The notes below the pieces were generated by a model that searched no databases, had not been told where the DNA came from, and was given only the letters and a program-made list of their open reading frames with translations. DNA of 64,000 nt from assembly GCA_963784785.1 (NCBI GenBank), contig CAWASW010000007.1, positions 2,394 to 66,393 on the forward strand, read 5' to 3'. Of this stretch, positions 1-9,947 are shown in pieces. The translations under genes and the position numbers were made by a program. The stretch comes from Candidatus Woesebacteria bacterium. Its GTDB lineage: Bacteria > Patescibacteriota > Microgenomatia > UBA8517. Positions within the stretch are counted from its first letter, which is position 1. Each line of letters begins with the position of its first letter.

Positions 1-1
1 T

Positions 2-997
2 ATGAAGCTTCGACAATTTCAAAAAGCAGGGCATGAAGTGATCTTTTTAGTAGGTGACTTTACAGGAATGATTGGAGACCCAACAGATAAACTAGCAACC
101 AGAAAAAAATTAACTCGAGAAGAAGTTCTTAAGAATGCTAAGGCATGGAAAAAACAGGCATCTAAACTTTTGGATTTTACAGGATCAAATCCTGCAAAAA
201 TAATGTTTAACTCCAAATGGTCAGATAAAATTAGTTTTAAAGATTTAATCGAAATTACTTCAAACTTAACAGTCCAGCAATTAATTGAAAGAGACATGTT
301 CCAAGCGAGATTAAAGGCAAAAGAGCCAATCTACTTACATGAATTTTTATACCCAGTTGCACAAGGTTTCGACTCTGTAGAAATGGATGTAGATTTAGAG
401 GTTGGTGGAAACGATCAATTGTTTAATATGATGGTTGGTAGAAATTTATGCAAAGCCATTAAAAATAAGGAAAAGTATGTTTTAACTACTAAACTTTTAG
501 TTGATAAAGAGGGGAAAAAAGTAGGCAAGACTACAGGTAATGCATTATTTTTAGATTCAAAACCCCAAGATTTTTATGGAGGAATAATGTCATTCCCTGA
601 TGAGGTAATCTTGTTATCCTATGAACTTTTAACAGAACTCCCGCTTACGGGTCTTGAAGAGAAAATTAAACTAAACCCTATGCAAGAAAAGAAAAATTTA
701 GCATACGAAATAGTAAGACTTCTTTGGGGAGAAAAACTTGCTAAAAAAGCCGCTTTAACTTTTGAAAATAATTTTCACAAAAGAGAAGTAGAATATAGTT
801 TGGAAATTAAATTACAAAAAACTTTAGCTGACACTGTAGCCCCATTTACAAACTTAAAATCAGCAGGAGATGCCAAGAGATTAATTCAACAAGGAGGTCT
901 AACTATTAACGGCGATGTCGTTTCTGATTTAAACTACAAAATCAAAAAAGGTGATAAAATCAAGATCGGCAAAAAAATATTTGGTATACTAATCTAG
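2..997 (+). CDS. tyrS: Tyrosyl-tRNA synthetase (5' end outside window)
   Basis: GDFTGMIGDP, YP..QGFD, GGNDQ, KMSKS-like KVGKT, C-terminal S4-like domain. Confidence 0.96.
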   Translation: MKLRQFQKAGHEVIFLVGDFTGMIGDPTDKLATRKKLTREEVLKNAKAWKKQASKLLDFTGSNPAKIMFNSKWSDKISFKDLIEITSNLTVQQLIERDMFQARLKAKEPIYLHEFLYPVAQGFDSVEMDVDLEVGGNDQLFNMMVGRNLCKAIKNKEKYVLTTKLLVDKEGKKVGKTTGNALFLDSKPQDFYGGIMSFPDEVILLSYELLTELPLTGLEEKIKLNPMQEKKNLAYEIVRLLWGEKLAKKAALTFENNFHKREVEYSLEIKLQKTLADTVAPFTNLKSAGDAKRLIQQGGLTINGDVVSDLNYKIKKGDKIKIGKKIFGILI

Positions 998-999
998 CA

Positions 1000-1101
1000 A
1001 TGGGATCCAAAAAACACAAAAAAATATTTAAGGTTTTGGCGATAATTGCAGGGTTAGCACTTCTTGTAAGCTCCTTTTTACCTTTTTTAGCTTACTTGTA
1101 A
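1000..1101 (+). CDS. 33-aa single-TM microprotein (MGSKKHKKIFKVLAIIAGLALLVSSFLPFLAYL)
   Basis: ATG 2 nt after the tyrS stop; basic N-terminus plus hydrophobic helix; read manually. Confidence 0.6.
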   Translation: MGSKKHKKIFKVLAIIAGLALLVSSFLPFLAYL

Positions 1102-1106
1102 CATTA

Positions 1107-1144
1107 AAAATTGAATGAAAATTGTAAAATGTAAATTGTAAATT
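1107..1144. repeat. Degenerate heptamer array (AAATTGN-type)
   Basis: AAAATTG TAAAATG TAAATTG TAAATT directly before the recG ATG. Confidence 0.7.
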
Positions 1145-3025
1145 ATGCAGTTATCCGATTCTGTCTCAACCTTACCCTTCGTCGGTCCAACCTATGAAAA
1201 AAAATTAGAAAAATTAGGTATTTTAAGCATCTCAGATCTACTCCATCACATTCCTCACAGATATTTGGATTTCTCGAAAATTACAAAGATTGCGGACTTA
1301 AAAATTGGAGAAGTGGTGACAACTATTGGAACCATTACTTCTATTAGAAATCAAGCTACAAAGGCGGGAAGGTTAATGCAGATTGGACAAATTCAAGACG
1401 ATACAGGAAAAGTATCTGTTGCATGGTTTTCCCAACCCTTCTTAACTAGGATGCTTTTTCCAGGGACTAAAATTGCAGTTTCAGGAGAATTATCTTGGTT
1501 TAACAAACAACCTGCTTTTTTCTCTCCACAGTACGAAAAAATTGAAGATGATCACGAGACAGTTCACACAGGAAAAATTGTTGGAGTATACCCTGCAACT
1601 GCAGGACTAAGTTCAAAATGGCTAAAAGCTCGTATTAAATATGTAATCGATAGAATTAACATAGAAAATGAGTTAGACAAGTCAGCCTTTGAAAAAATCC
1701 ATTTTCCTCAGAAAATGGAAGATACGATAATTGCCAGAGAAAGGCTAGCATTTAACGAATTCGTAGACCTGCTTATAAAAGCTAAGGAAAGAAAGAAAAA
1801 ATTAATAAAGAAAAAAGGTATTTCATTAAGTTTTGAGAATAACAACATTAATAAATTTATTGCAGATATAGGATTCGAACTTACAAACTCACAGCAAAAA
1901 GTAACAAAAGAGATACTATCTGATTTATCTAAAAAAATTCCCATGAATAGGTTACTTCAAGGAGACGTAGGTAGTGGAAAAACAATAGTTGCTGCAATAG
2001 CGGCTTTAGCAACGTATTTAAGTGGTTATCAAACAGTTTTCCTAGCTCCTACTCAAATTCTTGCAAATCAGCATTACGAATCTCTTAAAAATTTATTTCC
2101 AAATCTTGAAGTTACTCTTGTTACCGCTCATAGCTTAAAGCATATAGCATACGGCAATATTATCGTTGGAACACACGCATTACTTAACAAAACGTTTGAA
2201 AAAGTGGGACTACTTATCATTGATGAACAGCACAAATTTGGCGTCAAACAAATTAATTTCTTGCAAAAAACAAACCCTCACGTTTTAACCATGACTGCGA
2301 CTCCTATTCCTAGAACTATCGCCCAAACATTATTTTCTGACATGGATTTGTCAATAATTGACGAATTACCTAAAAACAGACAAAAAATTAAAACATGGCT
2401 TGTTCCAAATGAAAAGCGTGACGGAGCATACGACTGGATCCGTACTCAGATCACTGTTCACCGTTCACAATGTTTTATTATCTGCCCTCTTGTAGAAGAG
2501 TCAGAGAGTGAAACTCTGAAGGATGTTAAATCAGTCAAGAAAGAATTCATCAATCTACAATCCATATTCTTTAATCTAAAACTTGGCTTACTTCATGGAA
2601 AATTGAAAGAAAAAGAAAAGAATGAAGTATTAAACGATTTCAAAAATGGCAAGTTGGATGTTCTTGTTTCAACTCCTGTTGTTGAAGTTGGTATAGATAT
2701 TCCAAATGCTACGATAATGCTTATAGAAGCTGCAGACAGATTTGGATTAGCACAGCTTCATCAATTAAGAGGCCGTGTTGGTAGAGGAACAAAAGAATCA
2801 TATTGTCTATTATTCACAGATAACGGATCAGATAAGGCAATCGAGAGGCTTACTGCCATGACAAAAATAGAATCAGGTTTTGAACTCGCTGAACTTGACC
2901 TAAAACTTCGAGGAGCAGGAGATGTATTAGGTACAAAACAAAGTGGCTTTGGCAACCTAAAAATTGCCGATTGGTCAGATACAAAATTAATCAAGCTCGC
3001 ATCTGAAGCTGTTGCGAATTTGTAG
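1145..3025 (+). CDS. recG: ATP-dependent DNA helicase RecG
   Basis: OB wedge, QGDVGSGKT, DEQH, TATPIPRT, QLRGRVGR, DLKLRGAG. Confidence 0.97.
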   Translation: MQLSDSVSTLPFVGPTYEKKLEKLGILSISDLLHHIPHRYLDFSKITKIADLKIGEVVTTIGTITSIRNQATKAGRLMQIGQIQDDTGKVSVAWFSQPFLTRMLFPGTKIAVSGELSWFNKQPAFFSPQYEKIEDDHETVHTGKIVGVYPATAGLSSKWLKARIKYVIDRINIENELDKSAFEKIHFPQKMEDTIIARERLAFNEFVDLLIKAKERKKKLIKKKGISLSFENNNINKFIADIGFELTNSQQKVTKEILSDLSKKIPMNRLLQGDVGSGKTIVAAIAALATYLSGYQTVFLAPTQILANQHYESLKNLFPNLEVTLVTAHSLKHIAYGNIIVGTHALLNKTFEKVGLLIIDEQHKFGVKQINFLQKTNPHVLTMTATPIPRTIAQTLFSDMDLSIIDELPKNRQKIKTWLVPNEKRDGAYDWIRTQITVHRSQCFIICPLVEESESETLKDVKSVKKEFINLQSIFFNLKLGLLHGKLKEKEKNEVLNDFKNGKLDVLVSTPVVEVGIDIPNATIMLIEAADRFGLAQLHQLRGRVGRGTKESYCLLFTDNGSDKAIERLTAMTKIESGFELAELDLKLRGAGDVLGTKQSGFGNLKIADWSDTKLIKLASEAVANL

Positions 3026-3046
3026 TTTCTAATATATAATTCCCAT

Positions 3047-3205
3047 ATGGCACCATTACCAAAGAAAAAACATAGTCACGGCAGAACAACCAGAAGAAGA
3101 AGTACCTTTAAGGCAGGTCTTACTGCGATTTCAAAATGTCCAAGTTGTGGAAAGCTTAGAGAACCTCATAAAGCATGTCCTCATTGCGGAGTTTACAAAG
3201 TATAA
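3047..3205 (+). CDS. rpmF: 50S ribosomal protein L32 (zinc ribbon type)
   Basis: Manual translation MAPLPKKKHSHGRTTRRRS...CPSCG...PHKACPHCGVY, 52 aa. Confidence 0.95.
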   Translation: MAPLPKKKHSHGRTTRRRSTFKAGLTAISKCPSCGKLREPHKACPHCGVYKV

Positions 3206-3218
3206 GTATACTTACTAG

Positions 3219-3581
3219 ATGAAAACTGCAACTGACCCGAGACACTTAAGACGAAGGAATGCAGTTAAATTTTTATTTGCAGAAAGCTTTACTCACCAAA
3301 AAAATATTCCTGAATTAGTTTTAGAAATACAAAAGCAGACTGAAGACATTAATAAAATTATTGTAGAGTCAGCCCCAACTTGGCCAATAGATAAAATTAA
3401 TAAAATTGATCTTGCGATATTACATCTTGCGATATATGAATTAAAAAACGAAGATACTCCACCAAAAGTAATTATCGATGAAGCAGTTGAATTGGCTAAA
3501 GAATTTGGAGCTGAGTCATCAGGACCATTTGTTAATGGAGTATTGGGCACAATATATGATGAAATGAATAGTAAAAAATGA
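3219..3581 (+). CDS. nusB: Transcription antitermination factor NusB
   Basis: [34 protein letters not shown]. Confidence 0.95.
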   Translation: MKTATDPRHLRRRNAVKFLFAESFTHQKNIPELVLEIQKQTEDINKIIVESAPTWPIDKINKIDLAILHLAIYELKNEDTPPKVIIDEAVELAKEFGAESSGPFVNGVLGTIYDEMNSKK

Positions 3582-4225
3582 ACTTCTTAAATCAAAATTT
3601 ATTGAAACAGGCATTAACTCATAGATCATGGGTTAATGAAAATAGCAAAAACGAAGGGACAAACGAGCGCCTAGAATTTCTGGGGGATGCAATCTTGGAA
3701 TTTGTTGTTTCCAAAGAGATATACAAAAAATTTCCAAATGAAGAGGAAGGATACTTAACTGCCTTACGTGCAAATTTAGTAAATACAAAAAATTTAGCTG
3801 AGGTAGCTACAAAACTTAAAATTGGAGAGGTGATTTTACTTTCAAAAGGAGAAATTGATGGTGGAGGTAGAACAAATCCTTCACTCCTAGCAGACACAAT
3901 TGAAGCAATAATTGGGGCAACATATCTGGATAGAGGGTTGGATGCAGCAGAAAAATTTATTCAAGATAATATCCTAATAGATGCCGATAAAAAATCTCAA
4001 TCACCACTAAAGGATCCAAAAAGTCTATTGCAGGAAAAAATTCAGGCAAAGGGATTGCAAGCTCCAAAATACAATGTGGTTTCTGAGGCAGGTCCAGATC
4101 ATAATAAAGAATTTACAATAGAAGTTATAGTCAACGGCAAACCTGCTGCTAGAGGTACAGGGAAAAGTAAATCTGAAGCAGAACAAGATGCAGCTTCCAA
4201 CGCACTCGGAAATATGATAAACTAA
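3578..4225 (+). CDS. rnc: Ribonuclease III
   Basis: [10 protein letters not shown] signature plus C-terminal dsRBD. Confidence 0.97.
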   Translation: MNFLNQNLLKQALTHRSWVNENSKNEGTNERLEFLGDAILEFVVSKEIYKKFPNEEEGYLTALRANLVNTKNLAEVATKLKIGEVILLSKGEIDGGGRTNPSLLADTIEAIIGATYLDRGLDAAEKFIQDNILIDADKKSQSPLKDPKSLLQEKIQAKGLQAPKYNVVSEAGPDHNKEFTIEVIVNGKPAARGTGKSKSEAEQDAASNALGNMIN

Positions 4226-4257
4226 GTTCGCCACTTTGTGGTAAAATAATAAATAAT

Positions 4258-4482
4258 ATGTCAGTATCTATCAAATTATCAAGAACAGGCAAAAAGAATT
4301 CAGCAAATTACAGAATTGTTGTTGCTCCAACAAGAAGTGCTAGAGATGGCAAAAATTTAGGCATAATAGGTAGCTACAATCCACGTTTAAAAACTCACGA
4401 AATAGATCAAAAGCTTTATGATGAATGGATTAAAAAGGGTTCAATAGTTACTGAAGGTGTAAAAAAGGTTTTAAAAAAGTAA
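4258..4482 (+). CDS. rpsP: 30S ribosomal protein S16
   Basis: IKLSRTGKK..YRIVVA..ARDG..GSYNP. Confidence 0.96.
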   Translation: MSVSIKLSRTGKKNSANYRIVVAPTRSARDGKNLGIIGSYNPRLKTHEIDQKLYDEWIKKGSIVTEGVKKVLKK

Positions 4483-4485
4483 CCC

Positions 4486-4719
4486 ATGAAGGATTTACTA
4501 GACTACATATTAAGAAATATTTTAGGAAAAGATTCAACTTTTGAGATTCTTGAAGAAGATGATGGTTCAATCGTAAAACTAACAATAAAAACTGCAGATG
4601 ATGAGGGAGGTATTGTAATTGGAAAACAAGGAAAAGTTATTAAAGCTATAAGAAACATATTAAGGATAAAGGCTACATTAGAAAAGAAAAAGATTATTTT
4701 ATTAGTTAACCCCGTATAA
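4486..4719 (+). CDS. khpA: KH-domain RNA-binding protein KhpA
   Basis: VIGKQGKVIKAIR (GxxG); follows rpsP. Confidence 0.88.
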   Translation: MKDLLDYILRNILGKDSTFEILEEDDGSIVKLTIKTADDEGGIVIGKQGKVIKAIRNILRIKATLEKKKIILLVNPV

Positions 4720-4722
4720 TAT

Positions 4723-5385
4723 TTATTCAAAAGGATTTGGCTTTGATTCAATGTCAGCTGGAGTACTTGCAAAACGTTCAGGTAATTCATATTTAGACAT
4801 TTCTTCAATTAAAATTATTTCTTCATCAGTCAATACATTAATGTCTGAGACAAGAGAAGGTATACTTTTTGGCGCTTCTGACGAAAAAACGTTTAAAGTG
4901 ACGTCAACCTTTGTCGATAATTCAGTATTAGAAAATTTTATCTTCTCAATCTTAAAAATAGGAAGTGTTTTTGAAAATGCGTCCAAAAATGAGTAGATAC
5001 TGTTTTTTTCACCTTCTGCCTCAAAAGAAATAGAAGATTTAAAAATATTTTTCTCCATTGGAATCAAAGTTGACGTTTTTATGTTAGAGATTGTTATACC
5101 GTCAATTAGTGACTGACTTTTTATCTGATTCATTCCTAATAAAACAGAGTTTTTATACGGAACGGCCATGTTCAGAAAGTTAGTGTCATCAGGTACAGTC
5201 GTGTTAAGATCTCTTAAAATATTAAATTTTTTATTAAGACTTGCCTCAAGCTTTGAGGATTCATTGTAGGTGCTAATTAATTTAGTTATTTTGGCTGATC
5301 CTAAATAAATTGTGGCAACAAGTAACAATACAGTAGCAAAAAGTATAGCTACAGGCTTCAATAGAACGTTATTTAAATTTTTCAT
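4723..5385 (-). CDS. PilO-like pilus alignment protein
   Basis: N-terminal TM, coiled coil, C-terminal NPF; position after pilM and PilN-like gene. Confidence 0.65.
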   Translation of the reverse strand: MKNLNNVLLKPVAILFATVLLLVATIYLGSAKITKLISTYNESSKLEASLNKKFNILRDLNTTVPDDTNFLNMAVPYKNSVLLGMNQIKSQSLIDGITISNIKTSTLIPMEKNIFKSSISFEAEGEKNSIYSFLDAFSKTLPIFKIEKIKFSNTELSTKVDVTLNVFSSEAPKSIPSLVSDINVLTDEEIILIEEMSKYELPERFASTPADIESKPNPFE

Positions 5386-5921
5386 ATTTCAAATATCAAA
5401 TTAGCTAAATATCCGGAACTTGCAGTGTATCCAAGCGAAGTCAAAACTATTTTCTTATATCTCTTAATAGCAGATATGTAATTTAGAACTGTGCCCATAT
5501 TCTTTAAACCTTTAAACGACAAAGCCATTTCAACTTTTGTAGGGCTTATCGTAACGTCATTAAATGATGATCCATCCAATCCCGAAACAACTGATTCAAT
5601 TCTTTTGAAATCTGAAAATTCTTCTTCGGCAGATTTTATTTTCTTAATTTCAGAAATTTTAGATAATCTATCCTTGATAGAAAAAATCCTGTTTTCGTTA
5701 TTGCTTAACTCAGAAATATTAGCTTTTAAGTATCCAATTTTAGTAACAATAGTATTTTGTTTACTTCCATAGTAGATAATTCCCACAATAGATCCAATTA
5801 TTCCAACAATTGAAATTACTAATAATATGGTTGAAATCTTATTTATAAGCCTTATTGATTTCAACGTCTTCGGTGAAACCATCATCTCAGACGGGATTAA
5901 ATTTATTTGCTTTTGCTTCAT
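5382..5921 (-). CDS. PilN-like pilus alignment protein
   Basis: INLIP PilM-binding motif plus TM helix. Confidence 0.75.
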   Translation of the reverse strand: MKQKQINLIPSEMMVSPKTLKSIRLINKISTILLVISIVGIIGSIVGIIYYGSKQNTIVTKIGYLKANISELSNNENRIFSIKDRLSKISEIKKIKSAEEEFSDFKRIESVVSGLDGSSFNDVTISPTKVEMALSFKGLKNMGTVLNYISAIKRYKKIVLTSLGYTASSGYLANLIFEI

Positions 5922-5927
5922 TTATTT

Positions 5928-6938
5928 TTATGTTTGATCTCTCATTGCAAGTCCTACTGCAGTACCATAAATAGAGGAGTATGGAGCCAATTTTTTAGAT
6001 GTTTCGTCATCCAACATTAATTTTCCAAAAGGATTACCAATAACTGTTTCCATATTAAGATTTTCAGTTAAATAAGAAACTATTCCAGGCATAATTGAGG
6101 CGCCCCCTGTAATTACCAATGAACTTGGCATATCTCCACCATCATCTGTTTGATAAAAATGAATAGCTTTTTTCATTTCATCAATAATTAAGTTAAAAAC
6201 TGGCACTAATGCATTTCTTACCTTACCCTCAAGTTGGCTCGCATCTAGTCCATATGCTTTTTTGTATTCTTCAGCTTGAACAGGTTCTATGCTTAACGAT
6301 TGAGAAACAGCCCTAGTAAAAGCCTCTCCTGCAACTGGAATTGACCTTGTAAAAATAGTATTAAAATTTCTAACTATTGAGATATCAGTTGACGATGAAC
6401 CTAAATCAAGAATCATAGAAACGCCTTTGTCAGGGGATAGAGATCTACAAAGGGCAGTCAATTCGGTTTCTGCCGAAACAGGTACTAGACCTGCCAATTT
6501 ACAAACTTTTACATATTTTTCAACAACTACTTTTGGAGCAGCAACCAACAAAACAGAGACAAAGGCAGCAGCTTCGTTTCTTTCCAAAATAGTATATTGG
6601 ATAACAGCTTCACCTACAGGAATCGGTATATATTGTTCTGCTTCCCATTTAACAGCAGAAGATACTTCCTCATCTGAAAGCATCGGAAACTTTATGACTC
6701 TTGTAAAAACAAGAGACTCTGGAAGGGATATATTTGCATCTTTGGAAGTGACACCAACCTGCGCAACCAACTTCTTAAGCAATTCTGACATAGTCACAAA
6801 ATCCTCTTCTGTAGAAGCTTTATCGGGAGATACTCCAACGTAACCGACAGCTCCAGACGATTTTAATTGCCACGAACCGTCAGCACCACCTAGTTCAACT
6901 ATTTTTATACTTTTTGATCCTATATCTATTCCTAGCAT
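5928..6938 (-). CDS. pilM: Type IV pilus assembly protein PilM
   Basis: GIDIGSKSIK, EAEQYIP, LDLG, TGG, AVGLA; actin-like fold. Confidence 0.93.
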   Translation of the reverse strand: MLGIDIGSKSIKIVELGGADGSWQLKSSGAVGYVGVSPDKASTEEDFVTMSELLKKLVAQVGVTSKDANISLPESLVFTRVIKFPMLSDEEVSSAVKWEAEQYIPIPVGEAVIQYTILERNEAAAFVSVLLVAAPKVVVEKYVKVCKLAGLVPVSAETELTALCRSLSPDKGVSMILDLGSSSTDISIVRNFNTIFTRSIPVAGEAFTRAVSQSLSIEPVQAEEYKKAYGLDASQLEGKVRNALVPVFNLIIDEMKKAIHFYQTDDGGDMPSSLVITGGASIMPGIVSYLTENLNMETVIGNPFGKLMLDDETSKKLAPYSSIYGTAVGLAMRDQT

Positions 6939-6957
6939 TTTGGGCAGATTTCTTTTC

Positions 6958-7782
6958 TTATTTAACTATACCATTTGCACTATAAATTGCATTCATGAAA
7001 ATTGGTGGTACCACAGGATGCAACTGAAAAACCTCAATACTTCTGTTACTATCACCATATGATCCGTCAGAACTAATTTTAGTACCTTGTGATGGTAAAA
7101 GTCCACCCGTCACTGTTATTCCGACTTTATGGCTAACAGTATTATTATACAAAAATTTTGCAGTAATAAACTGCATAGAAGTTAGCGCTGAAACATTTGT
7201 CGTATTTTTAAACTGAAAATTCTCTGTTCCCACAGTACAAGTACCTGATCCTGTAGAATAACCATTATTACTAGTTCTGCCACTATATGGATCCAACATT
7301 TTTCTGTAGACCCTTGTCTCGCCAGTTGGAGTCTTGTAAAAGATACTTATTTCAAGTGCAGGAGTCTGGACGTTTGTTTCACTTGTTCCTGCCGCACCCC
7401 AGCATACTGTGATCATACTACCGGCAAATGGAGTTTCGCTTGGCCTTGTTAGCCAGAAAGTAGCAACTTCACCAGACTTTAAACCATAAGGGTAAACTAC
7501 ACTGGCTAGTCCCTTTCCAAAGTCACTAGTCTTAACTGTAAACTTAGCGTCTCCTATTGATGTTACTCCTGAATCAACTCCACTGCCTATAACCAAGGCT
7601 CTTTCAATACCTGCCTCAGCAGCAGAGAAAGCACGCATCGAATCTTCTTCTTTAGTAGTTAAAGATATATCAGTGACAGAACGGGACATGATATACAAAA
7701 CTATGATTAAAACTACAGAAAGTGAAAGAAGAACTATTAATACTGCCTGCCCCGATTGATTTCTGCTTTTTCTAAAAGACAT
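6958..7782 (-). CDS. PilX-like minor pilin
   Basis: SGQAVLIVLL N-terminus; AFSAAEAGIE motif. Confidence 0.75.
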   Translation of the reverse strand: MSFRKSRNQSGQAVLIVLLSLSVVLIIVLYIMSRSVTDISLTTKEEDSMRAFSAAEAGIERALVIGSGVDSGVTSIGDAKFTVKTSDFGKGLASVVYPYGLKSGEVATFWLTRPSETPFAGSMITVCWGAAGTSETNVQTPALEISIFYKTPTGETRVYRKMLDPYSGRTSNNGYSTGSGTCTVGTENFQFKNTTNVSALTSMQFITAKFLYNNTVSHKVGITVTGGLLPSQGTKISSDGSYGDSNRSIEVFQLHPVVPPIFMNAIYSANGIVK

Positions 7783-7843
7783 ATTATTATAAATATATCA
7801 TAAATCAATTTGAAGTGTTCAATACACTTTAAATGACCCATAG

Positions 7844-7872
7844 TTGACAAATGGAGAATCATCCTGTAGTAT
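7844..7872 (+). promoter_or_regulatory. Sigma70-type promoter
   Basis: TTGACA-17-TAGTAT upstream of ORF 7918. Confidence 0.6.
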
Positions 7873-7917
7873 TAAGTATTGAATTTGGGTATGTATTTAT
7901 AATACAATCCCAATAAT

Positions 7918-9315
7918 ATGAATAGAGATAGATTAATAGCAAATATTGCTTATTTAAATATGAATAAGGATTTACTTACAGCAGGATTTAGTGCAGCCGA
8001 GATTACGGCAATTTTGTTTACCCAATTTGGTTGTAAACCACAAACACTAACAATTCCTGAACATACTGATTCGAAGAACCCCAACGTACTTATAGTTGAA
8101 CCAACAGAAGCAACTAAAACAAAGGAACAAGAAGCAAGATTTTATTCGGGAAGAATCAGTTACGGTAACAACGGGATGGTTCCTGTTGTATCAGGAGAGT
8201 TTAAAATAAACCCAAACAATATTGAAACTTTTTCATTTTTTGTAACCTCGTTTTCTGGTGAGGGAGAAAAAGAAATCAAATTTGCATATGCCACAGAAGA
8301 TGGAAGTTTAAGAAGATTTGTTATGACTGCAGAAAGACCAGAAGAATTAAAAACTGTAATTGAAGATGGATTTGTGCACGAATATTATGAGTTAAAGGAT
8401 GGAACAAGGTACGACATACATATATACCCTGAAGACTCTTATAAATTATTTAGCTCTGGCACTCCATTTACGGCACATGTTTTTCCTCCTGATAATTTAT
8501 TACTTGATTTTCCAGGACTTAATAAAAATTCAATATCAATAAAAATATCATCGGAATCCGGAAAAGTCTATGCCACGGTTGCAAAAAATGAGGCAGCATC
8601 ACTTCCAGACGGAGAAATTAAGGATTTTGCAGAAAAAATAAAAGGTAGCCGTGAAATTCGATGGAGTGAAGATAAAAAATTTCTTCAATTAGTAGACAAA
8701 AAAACAGACAAAATTGTTCCAGATTTTAAATTTGATATTACAACTGACCCTCTAAACCCAACGTGGACAAGAGAGTATAAGTTTGAAGGTGAAACAATAA
8801 CAATTTTACAAAACTTATCTACAATTGTAGTCGATTCTGAAAAAAATATTGTTGACATACCATTTCCAGGATATGTATTTGATAGTGAGACAAATACATG
8901 GAACAGAAAAGAGTTTGAAGGTGAACCTGTTTTAAATACGGATGAGGCTAAAATCATCTTAATAAAATATAGCGACGTAACGAATGTTCAATATGATGTG
9001 CTCAAAACAATGTTTTTAGTACCAGGCGGTGGAGGACATCCAAGGCTAGTTTTTAAAAAGATTTCGGAGTTAACAAATAGATACGCTTGGGGAGAAAAGT
9101 TTATTCCCATAAAAAACCCTGATGACAGTTATGAAAAAAAACCTACAGGTATGTTCAAGATGTGTGAACTTGCTGACTTTCCATACAGTTTTGCTACTTT
9201 TAAGGATAAGTTCACTGGAGAATATAGAATAATATTAATTGATAAAACTGGGTTAATAGTTGAACATCCAACCTCGTGGAGTAATTATTATCTAGATAAT
9301 CCAACTGAAAAATAA
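7918..9315 (+). CDS. Hypothetical protein, possible lipoprotein
   Basis: 465-aa ORF; hydrophobic stretch ending FGC followed by a P/T-rich linker. Confidence 0.7.
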   Translation: MNRDRLIANIAYLNMNKDLLTAGFSAAEITAILFTQFGCKPQTLTIPEHTDSKNPNVLIVEPTEATKTKEQEARFYSGRISYGNNGMVPVVSGEFKINPNNIETFSFFVTSFSGEGEKEIKFAYATEDGSLRRFVMTAERPEELKTVIEDGFVHEYYELKDGTRYDIHIYPEDSYKLFSSGTPFTAHVFPPDNLLLDFPGLNKNSISIKISSESGKVYATVAKNEAASLPDGEIKDFAEKIKGSREIRWSEDKKFLQLVDKKTDKIVPDFKFDITTDPLNPTWTREYKFEGETITILQNLSTIVVDSEKNIVDIPFPGYVFDSETNTWNRKEFEGEPVLNTDEAKIILIKYSDVTNVQYDVLKTMFLVPGGGGHPRLVFKKISELTNRYAWGEKFIPIKNPDDSYEKKPTGMFKMCELADFPYSFATFKDKFTGEYRIILIDKTGLIVEHPTSWSNYYLDNPTEK

Positions 9316-9351
9316 ATTGACTCTTCATCGTAAAATTGTAATAATGATTAT

Positions 9352-9945
9352 GTGAGAATAAATTTATTAAAAATATTTGTAGTTGTTATTTTATTGATTT
9401 ATTCTGTAATATATTTACCCATATTTTCTTCATCTACCGCCAATTTTGATACGATTATCAGTCTTAGACATAAATATTTCTCAATCATAAATAAAGTTGT
9501 CAATCTGGCGAAGTTAAACAACGTAGACAACTACACATACCTTCGAACTCCGTTTAGGGTTATGAGACATTTTGAAGATGGTTATATTTATAATTTGGTA
9601 GGAGATGTATTAGGAATAGATCCAGATACAAATACAATTTATTTCAAATGCAGTAATAATAAATTATATCTTTTTAATATAGGTTCAAATAACCAAACCA
9701 AACAATTAAGAAAAATAGATTTGTCTGTTAGATTGCCTAGTGCTAATGGTCTAATTATCACGACATACACTTTTAATGAACTAAATAGAAATCCTGAAAT
9801 TCTAAATTCAAATAATACAGATTCCTATTCAATAATTTGGAAAGATAAAAGAATACTTAAACAACTTGAAAAAGATTACAATTACAATAACAATGAATTC
9901 ATAAACAATTCCGACAAAGACATTATGACGATTACAAAAATTTAA
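9352..9945 (+). CDS. Hypothetical membrane-anchored protein
   Basis: GTG start, N-terminal TM, Asn-rich. Confidence 0.65.
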   Translation: MRINLLKIFVVVILLIYSVIYLPIFSSSTANFDTIISLRHKYFSIINKVVNLAKLNNVDNYTYLRTPFRVMRHFEDGYIYNLVGDVLGIDPDTNTIYFKCSNNKLYLFNIGSNNQTKQLRKIDLSVRLPSANGLIITTYTFNELNRNPEILNSNNTDSYSIIWKDKRILKQLEKDYNYNNNEFINNSDKDIMTITKI

Positions 9946-9947
9946 TT